DNA of 64,000 nt, from NCBI GenBank assembly GCA_965219415.1, contig CBDCNP010000002.1:5216001-5280000 (forward strand), read 5' to 3'. The stretch comes from Candidatus Marinacidobacterales bacterium. Lineage in GTDB: Bacteria > Acidobacteriota > Vicinamibacteria > Marinacidobacterales > DATDRI01. Below the pieces are notes generated by a model that saw only the letters and a list, made by a program, of their open reading frames with translations, made no database searches and was not told where the DNA came from. Positions 56,865 to 64,000 of this stretch are shown piece by piece. A program made the position numbers and the translations under genes. Position 1 is the first letter of the stretch. Each line of letters begins with the position of its first letter.

Positions 56865-57027
56865 TGTGTTCCGCAAAAACTCGATCCGTCGTTGATTCCG
56901 CAGTTTAGAGCTGCAAGGATTGGCCGTTTCGCGACGAACGGATGAGGTGATCCGACGTCATTGTAAACGTCGAAAGGTTCGCTCTTGCGGTCTATTTCAA
57001 AAGGGCCGAATTTTGGCACAGGACGGG
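56865..57027. mobile_element. Hybrid miniature element made of two different rve-family ends
   Basis: Starts TGTGTTCCGCAAAAA and ends TTTTGGCACAGGACGGG; the right part repeats at 61261-61344. Confidence 0.7.
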
Positions 57028-57105
57028 TGTCTGACGTTCCTCTGCACGTCGACATCATCATCAATAAGGGCCGATGGCGTTCGCCGACACAGCGCAGGCC
57101 AAGAG

Positions 57106-58477
57106 GAGCTACCCTCAGAAGGTGTGGAAATAAAGTAAAGGCGGAGTAACCTTCCGCGTCACGAAACACGGCGTGAAGGGGCCAACGGAAGGAGACACCG
57201 CCATGAAGGAAAAGACCACAAGACGACGGAGCTCGTCAAGGGTGGCTTGGGAGTCGCTGGAGAAGTGGGCGAGGCTCGAGATCCAGGATTGGGTGCAGGA
57301 GCTGATGGTAGCCGAAGTCACGGAGCTTCTCGGGCGTGAGAAATCGGAGAGACGGAAGCCCGTGGACACAACGGCGGGCTATCGAAATGGATACGGTAAG
57401 CCTCGGAAGCTGACGATGAGCGTGGGCACGGTGACGGTTCGCCGGCCGAGAGTAGGGGACGTGGAGGAGAGGTTCGAAAGTCGAGTGCTTCCGCTGTTCA
57501 AGCGTCGGAGCGAAACGGTGAGCGAGTTGATTCCGGAGCTGTACCTGCATGGACTAGCTCACGGAGATTTCGATTTGGCGCTCCGCGGGCTTCTAGGGGA
57601 GGACGCTCCACTTTCTCCCAGCACGGTGTCGCGGCTGAAACAGAAATGGCAGGGAGAGTACGAGCAGTGGCTAGCTCGCCCACTGGACGAACTCGAGCTC
57701 GTGTCCCTGTGGGTAGATGGCGTGTACGTGAAGGCCGGCCTTGAGAAGGACAAGGCGGCGGTGCTAGTTGCGGTTGGTGGCCTGTCCGACGGGACGAAAA
57801 TCGTCCTGACGCTGGAGGCCGGGCATCGAGAATCCGAAGCGTCATGGTCGTCGCTGCTACGGAGACTGAAGAAGCGCGGTCTGAGATGTCCCCGTTTGGT
57901 GATCGGTGACGGTCATCTCGGCATCTGGGCCGCGACCCGAAACGTATTTCCAGAAGCTGAGGAGCAGCGGTGCTGGAACCACCGAATCCTCAACGTACTG
58001 GACCGGATTCCGAAAAGGGACCAGGCGCAGGCCAAGCCGCTGTTGACGGCGACCCCCTACCCCACCAGCCTGCAGGAGTGCGAGACGAAGAAGGCCAAGT
58101 TCCAGGATTGGTGCTTGCGCAAGGGTCTTCCGGGGGCCGCGCACGTGCTCGACGAGGACTGGGAGCGGATGGTCAGCTTCTATTCCTTTCCCAAGCCTCA
58201 CTGGCAACACCTTCGCACGAGCAACGTCGTGGAATCACCGTTCGCTGCACTGAGATTGAGAACGGATGCGGCCAAAAGGTTCAAGAAAATCGAGTCCGCC
58301 ACTGCGACAATCTTCAAACTGCTTCTGGTTGCGGAGAAGAATTTTCGCCGGCTCAACGCACCGGAGCTGATGCGAGAGGTTCACCTGGGCGTTCGATTTG
58401 AAGATGGAGACAGGGTAACGGAGTCGTCGAAGGTTGCTGCTGCCTGAATTTTTTTACACACCTATTGACAAGAGCTC
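57106..58477 (+). mobile_element. Complete IS256-family element; transposase 57203-58447
   Basis: 8-bp TSD GCCAAGAG on both sides, imperfect inverted ends GAGCT..GGTGTG.AAA, motifs LWVDGV, IGDG, QRCWNH, TSNVVES. Confidence 0.95.
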
Positions 58478-58910
58478 GCCAAGAGCGAGCGTGGCCGACG
58501 CCGCGGGTTGGTTTACAGCGTGGTCTGCCTTAAAACGTTGCGATGAGGGCGCGCTGCTTTTCCCAATCGTCGGGAAACGGATGATGCAAGAGGTAGCTCG
58601 AGGTCAGCCCAACGGGCTGGAGACCGTCGACAATTTCTACCATCGGGAAGCCGCATGAGTATTTTGACCAGACGGCATTGACCTCGGCTCGCGGCCCATC
58701 GAATCCTCGCTTCGCGCAGATCCGGTCATCGACCCTCCACAGGCCGACGTCGAGCTCGACGTACTATTTGCACCATACGGGTGATGTGCTCGATATCCTC
58801 GTCCAGCCTCGCCGTGCTCGGAAAGCCCCAAAGACACTAGGCTCGAGCCCGTCGTGAACCCGCCATGTCGGGCATCAAGAACGGCTGCAGCCTCAACTTG
58901 ACAGTACCTC

Positions 58911-59187
58911 TCACGACGCTTCGGCCGCCGATTCCGTCTGCATGACGGGAATGACGATCCCGGATGTCATCACCACGACCAGTCCTCGCTTGGTTTTGGT
59001 CATGTCAAGGTAGGCGCGAACCTGGGAACAATAATGGTCGAGGGTCTCGGGTGCAGGGTCGACATCGCTCTTCCAGTCGATCACTACCTGCGGCGCACCG
59101 TGAGAATCGAATGCGATCGCATCGGCGATGCCTGCCATCACCCTCTCATGCGTGTCTGTCAAGGTGGAGGCATAGACCGGAAACTCC
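58911..59187 (-). pseudogene. C-terminal PD-(D/E)xK nuclease fragment of an AddA/UvrD-like helicase-nuclease
   Basis: EFPVY..GIADAI..VIDWKSD..QVRAY; cut by MITE copy 4. Confidence 0.65.
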
Positions 59188-59353
59188 GGTGCTTGCGCTG
59201 TTTGCTGTTGGTGATGTGTACGTATCCCTTTGCAAAAGAAGCGCTTACGCTCCATTTAGCGCGCGGCGATGGTCGCGAGCGCTATTTTGGCTGTAATTTA
59301 ATGCAGCGTAAAGTCTTAGCGTCATCTCACCAACACTTAATGGCGGAAGCACC
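59188..59353 (-). mobile_element. 166-bp MITE, copy 4 (inverted)
   Basis: Reverse complement of copy 1. Confidence 0.88.
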
Positions 59354-59360
59354 TGTTGTT

Positions 59361-60707
59361 TTAGAAATCGTACCGCATCGAGAGGCTCACGCTAACGAAC
59401 GAAAGAGGATCGCCGGTTCGAATGCGGAACGTTGCCGGCTCGCTGCCGTCGCGACGCAGTTCCGATGCGTGGCTCCGCAGACGCTCCCACTCAATGTCGG
59501 CGGCGGCGAACCGTCCAAAGCCGACCCAGCGGGCCTTGATACCGAGTGACACCCTTTTCGACATGGCGTGGTCGACGCCGACCAGCACCTGGTACCCAGC
59601 TAGCTTATCACGCAGCTCCGCCTGCTTGCTGGTGGTGGTGCCGGCAAGGTTTCGGCGAATTTCCTCCTCGTTCGGCAGACCAGCGGCCGTACCGATGGCG
59701 TCAGGGTCGGGGTTCCGCGCCCACAGGTCGCCGTAATCCAGCTCGGTCAGCCCGATGCCGATTCCCACTCCAACGTACGGTGTCAGACGAGTCCGGCCTG
59801 GGAAGTCGACGTACACGTTGGCGAAGACGTTCTGCGACGAGATGCTACCGATTCGGTCCTCGGCGCGCTGGATCTCTCCGCCCAGCTTCGCGAAAGTGTC
59901 GCCGGTCGCGCTCGTCACCGGCGAGGTCTGGTCGTACTCGGACTCCCGATAGAACCACTCCACCTCGACCCGCAGCTGCGGACCGAACCGGTAGCCGGCC
60001 GCCAGCCCCGCGAACATCCCCTCGGCGCGGTCGTATGTGGTCTTCCAACCGGCGCCCGATCCGCGGTTGGGATCGGTGCAGCCGGGGACCTCCGCGAAAC
60101 GGGGGTTGATGAACTCATCACAGCGGCTGGCCCGGTCGTTGCTGTTACCGAGCAACGCTATCAACGGGGCCCAGTTGAGCCCGACCTGCTGGCTCATGTA
60201 GAAGCCCTTCTGGTCGCGCGCGAGATTGCGTAGACTAGCCGGCCGCACGAGCGTCGCCGCGTCACTGATCGGGTGCGTGGCAACGTTGAATGATGTGACC
60301 AGAGTCCGCATCTGAGCGCGGCTCCCGATAGCCACGACCTGCTCCTCGATCCCGACCTTCATTTCGACATCGAGGGTGGTCGTGCCACCGGGCCTGATTT
60401 CCACACCCGCGCGCACGACCTCATTGAACCCAGGTAGCGTGAAGGTCACATCGTAAGGGCCGGGCTCAAGCGCGCTCAGCGTGAACATGCCGGTACGGTC
60501 GGTCAAGGCCGTCTGGACCGGCGCAACAGCCCCCGCGGGCCGCGCCTCCACGACGACGCCGGTCAGCGCGAGACCCGTCGCATCGGTCACCGTTCCAGAC
60601 AGCTCCGCGGCCTGTATACTTGCCACGCCGGATGCTGGCGCCAGGGCGACCAGCACTACAGCCGCGGCTACAAGAACATCTGCCGAGCGCCGTGCCTTGC
60701 TGTACAT
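59361..60707 (-). CDS. Chimeric outer-membrane protein: signal + carboxypeptidase-regulatory-like domain + partial TonB-receptor plug + beta-barrel
   Basis: LSGTVTDATG..LEPGPYDVTFTLPGF, VVAIGSRA..SFNV..PISDAATLVRPASLRNL, then LAAGYRF..RVEVE..PYVGVGIG..YQVLVG and terminal YDF. Confidence 0.72.
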   Translation of the reverse strand: MYSKARRSADVLVAAAVVLVALAPASGVASIQAAELSGTVTDATGLALTGVVVEARPAGAVAPVQTALTDRTGMFTLSALEPGPYDVTFTLPGFNEVVRAGVEIRPGGTTTLDVEMKVGIEEQVVAIGSRAQMRTLVTSFNVATHPISDAATLVRPASLRNLARDQKGFYMSQQVGLNWAPLIALLGNSNDRASRCDEFINPRFAEVPGCTDPNRGSGAGWKTTYDRAEGMFAGLAAGYRFGPQLRVEVEWFYRESEYDQTSPVTSATGDTFAKLGGEIQRAEDRIGSISSQNVFANVYVDFPGRTRLTPYVGVGIGIGLTELDYGDLWARNPDPDAIGTAAGLPNEEEIRRNLAGTTTSKQAELRDKLAGYQVLVGVDHAMSKRVSLGIKARWVGFGRFAAADIEWERLRSHASELRRDGSEPATFRIRTGDPLSFVSVSLSMRYDF

Positions 60708-60778
60708 TTGCGAGTGTCTCTGTACTCAGTATCCTATATCAACAGTGTCCGAACTTGGACAAGGGGTGCTTCCGCCCG

Positions 60779-61260
60779 GTAGGGTCGAGGGCTGGCGCGG
60801 TGCTCCGTAGGCGCGGCCTATCTGTTTCCCCCCGTTTCCTGTGGGAGTGCCTCACTAGCCACACCGTAAGTCCGTTTCCAGCCCCCGCCACATTGCACGC
60901 AGCGTGCGGCTTTCCCGCACTACGCGCTCCTGCACACTTCCCGAGAAGGGTTATGTGACCTATCGAGCCGGGGCGTCTTTCGGCGAAGCTACGAGATATC
61001 GAACTCGGGGTAATCTGTGAACACTCCGAGAGTCGCGTACATCCATCGCCTACTCCTTCGCTTCCAGCCGAAATCTTGGCGCAAGAAGCGCCAAAACTTC
61101 TCGGCCTTCGCCTTGACGTATATCCTTCATCTCAGCTTCTGCAGAGTGATGGGTGATTTTGTCATCTCACCCCTGCCTCGCTTGTTGACGAAGGAGTTGT
61201 GTGCAGCAGGGACCCTTTGCTCCACGGGCGTTGCCCCGTTTCAACGCTACTACGGACCCA
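60779..61260 (-). mobile_element. Group II intron remnant (domains III-VI, RT ORF internally deleted)
   Basis: Domain V-like GCGTAGTGCGGGAAAGCCGCACGCTGCG, then GTGGCGGGGGCTGGAAAC...CCAGCCCTCGACCCTAC 3' end; ORF relic MTKSPITLQKLR*RIYVKAKAEKFWRF joined to RQDFGWKRRSRRWMY. Confidence 0.85.
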
Positions 61261-61577
61261 GAGGTGATCCGACGTCATTGTAAACGTCGAAAGGTTCGCT
61301 CTCGCGGTCTATTTCAAAAGGGCCGAGTTTTGGCACAGGACGGGGTTGGATTGCCGCCGCCTTCGGGGTCATCTCCGTTCGGTGATCCTTTGGTCGACAT
61401 CTATGCCTGTTTTGGTGTGATTTCCCCAATTAAACTGTCGGTTTCCAGTTTGCTCAACACGGTCAGCCTCTACGACGAGCTACCAGCGCACGGTGGCCCA
61501 ACCCAGCACCCTTTGCCCGACCTCGCCGCTAGAGCCTCCGCCCACGAATATCATGTTCTCGCGGCGCTCGGCATCGA

Positions 61578-61870
61578 CCCGTCTGGTCAAAATACTCGAA
61601 CGCCCAGCTGACCTCACATCTCAGGATCCGTGGATGAGGAGTTGCTCCTGCGCAACGAGTATCTTGTGGCCGAGAATCGAGTTCTTCAAAATCAGATCCA
61701 GGGTCGTTTGCACCTGACCGATGGCGAACGGCGGTCTTTGGCCGAGCTCGGCAAGCGTCTGTAGCGAGCAGTTACATCAGTCCGAGCGCAAGGTGCGCTC
61801 CCGTGAACGGCTTGGCGGGTTGCTCCATTTCTACCATCAGGAAGCCACATGAGTATTTTGACCTCATGGG
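61578..61870 (+). mobile_element. Internally deleted rve-family element (293 bp)
   Basis: Ends CCCGTCTGGTCAAAATACTC and GAGTATTTTGACCTCATGGG; inside, VDEELLLRNEYLVAENRVL joined to RERLGGLLHFYH. Confidence 0.82.
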
Positions 61871-61951
61871 TCGCCATCGCTGGTTGGGTCCAGCGTGACC
61901 AACAGGAATGCCTCTAGCAGTGTAGAGGCACCTGATGGCAGAAGCACCCTC

Positions 61952-62878
61952 TTATCCGGTGAGCCGGGCGAGGTTGCCGCCGAGGATTTGCCCGGCTTGC
62001 TCGCTCGAGATATCGAGCTTCCTGAGTGCGTCGACTTGCCTCTCAAGCTGCTCCTTTTGAAAGCCTCGCGGAAAAAAACTCGAGTCCGAGCCGTAGAGAA
62101 TGCGATCGGAACCCATCACATCGAGAGAGCGCCCGAAAACCTCCTCAAGCGTTAACGGCTGGGGCAGTTTCGAGATCCACGAGTTGGAGCTGGAGCTATC
62201 CGTATAGACGTTCTCACACTCGCTCGCCACGAGAAGAAGCTCGCGGAAGAATCCGCTACCGAAGTGTGGTACGACGAAAGGAACATCTTTGAGCCGGCGC
62301 GCCACACCGGAGATGTCGAGGGGGTTTGCGAAGCGGACATCGAAGGAGCTCCGGAGACCAAGCTTGTCGCGGACACCGACTTTGAGCAGGCCGCAGTGAA
62401 CGAAGACCAGGCCCCCGCTGTCCGCAACGACGTTAAGGATCGGCTTGAGCTCCTGCTCCCAGAGGTGAAAGTGGTGCATCGAGGGAAATAAACAGAGACC
62501 CTTCATGCCAAGCTCACGGAATGCTCGCTCGGTTCTATCGAGCGCGTCCGGCGCTTTGGGATTCAGCATGAAGTAGGGAATGAAACGGTCGGGGTGTGCG
62601 CTCACCGCCGCCGCAACCGAGTCCTCGTCCCCCGGCACGCTCGCGATTAGCACCGTTCTGGCGATGCTGTGCCGATCGAGCTCTTCGACCCAGCGCCCCG
62701 CAAGCTCGGCATGTTCGCGTGGGGGAAAGTCGAAGGCGAGTTTTTCCCCAAGAACAGCGTAGAGCTGGTCTTCGGCAGGGGGCTCAGCCAAACCTTTCGC
62801 TAGAGTGACAAAGAAAGTGTGTGAAAAGAAATGCGCGTGAGCGTCGATGACTTCGATGTCGCCCCAGGCTGTTTTCAT
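61952..62878 (-). CDS. Amidohydrolase-2 family metal-dependent hydrolase
   Basis: IDAHAH, FVHCG, VVPHFG, YTDSS, LYGSDSS; SD GAGGA before the ATG at 62878. Confidence 0.88.
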   Translation of the reverse strand: MKTAWGDIEVIDAHAHFFSHTFFVTLAKGLAEPPAEDQLYAVLGEKLAFDFPPREHAELAGRWVEELDRHSIARTVLIASVPGDEDSVAAAVSAHPDRFIPYFMLNPKAPDALDRTERAFRELGMKGLCLFPSMHHFHLWEQELKPILNVVADSGGLVFVHCGLLKVGVRDKLGLRSSFDVRFANPLDISGVARRLKDVPFVVPHFGSGFFRELLLVASECENVYTDSSSSNSWISKLPQPLTLEEVFGRSLDVMGSDRILYGSDSSFFPRGFQKEQLERQVDALRKLDISSEQAGQILGGNLARLTG

Positions 62879-62935
62879 CGTCGTGAATTCCTCGGATACA
62901 AGCCGCGAATTGGAAGTGATTCTACAACGATATAC

Positions 62936-64000
62936 CCCGTCCTGTGCCAAAATTTGATCCACTTGCAACGTTACAAGCGAACAGTTGACGCGGCGTGGGC
63001 GGTGAGGTCCGCGACAACCATTGAGCAGAGCTACTCTTTGGGCGAGTCGTCACCATGCAGATGACCACCTAGTCGAGAGCGAATATCCAAGCGTGTTCCT
63101 GAAGCGGTTTCCACGCTACGCCGGTCGAGCCCGCCGAGGGGCTACCGTCGCCGGCGACCATCTACGCGGCACGGCAGTAGTAGTTGAGAATGCCCAAAAG
63201 TCGCTCTCGCGACACGATGGGGCTAGTGTCATTCGCGCTTGCCGGCAGAGGTGTGATGAGCTCGTTGCCGAGACCTTGGTGGTTCCGTTCTGTGTGATAG
63301 TGCACTACGTATTCGGTTACCGCTGTGCGCAGGTGTCGCTCACTGAGAGGTACGAAGCGGTCGAGACACTCTCGACGTATGGAGAGAACGAATCTTTCCG
63401 CATATGCGTTCAGATTCGGACTATTAGCGGGAAGGCGAAGGGGCTTCACGCCTGAATCTCTCAACAGCCCACGTACCGCCTCGGTGAATAGCGGGTCCCG
63501 GTCGTGGATGAGGTATCGCTTGCCAAGGAGGAAACCATCCCACAGGTCAGTGAGGTTTCTTGCCACCTGCTTCATCCACTCCCCGTTGGGGTCCGACGTT
63601 ATCCCACCGATGCACACGCAGCGAGTGGCGATATCGATGACAAACAGGACATGGTAGCGGACGAGCCCGAACGGGTTCACCACCTCGACGGGGAACAGGT
63701 CTGTCGCAGCGATGACGCCCCAATGGGTACCAGCGCACAAGCGTAGCGGGTGTGGCAACGGACGCAATCTGGGCCAGCGCCTCGCGGCCCAAAGCCTGGG
63801 CCTTGACCGCGAGCCTGCGCCGGTCGTCGTCCGAGAGACTGAGACGCTTGCCCCGAAGCCCGGCTCGGAGCACACGGTTCTCCTCTTGCAGGTAGTCGAT
63901 CACATCCTGCTGCTGGCGGTTGACCCAGCCAGCCAGAACGAGCAGTAGGAATTGCACGTGGTACGTCATCATGGATCTGAAGATAACACCCTCGGGCCAG
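62936..64000 (-). mobile_element. rve/integrase-core (IS481/IS3-like DDE) element, internally deleted transposase 63972-63162
   Basis: [46 protein letters not shown]; end TTTTGGCACAGGACGGG at 62936; frame break near 63725. Confidence 0.88.

Noticed and set aside
60779-61260. Retron or functional reverse-transcriptase system
   Set aside because: No RT catalytic core remains; the flanking RNA motifs are those of a group II intron.

Overview
The window has two halves. 1-35.6 kb is GC-rich core chromosome that looks like Acidobacteriota (Vicinamibacteria-like; inferred from gene content and intergenic repeats). It carries ada, uppS-cdsA-dxr-rseP-menC, ddl, tgt-yajC-secDF, tonB-exbB-exbD-exbD, rel, ridA, rpmB, mrp, korAB, a sigma-54 response regulator, a Ku + ATP-dependent ligase NHEJ pair and a Nudix hydrolase. 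It also holds a dispersed GC-rich REP-like repeat family and an uncalled 18-aa Lys-rich microprotein gene with its own promoter, Shine-Dalgarno (SD) and terminator. 35.6-64 kb is a densely nested mobile-element patchwork: IS30, IS3 (one complete with target-site duplication, TSD), IS5, IS21, IS256 (one complete with TSD, plus an inverted defective pair), an IS1-family element with four 166-bp MITE partners, many ends and mini-derivatives of an rve/integrase-core element family, and an ORF-deleted group II intron remnant. Between these sit a few intact passenger genes and truncated defence-gene fragments. Several junctions are blunt or microhomology deletions, and one 675-bp inversion can be reconstructed exactly. 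No rRNA, tRNA or CRISPR array was seen. All calls come from reading the sequence and the ORF track; no database search was run.
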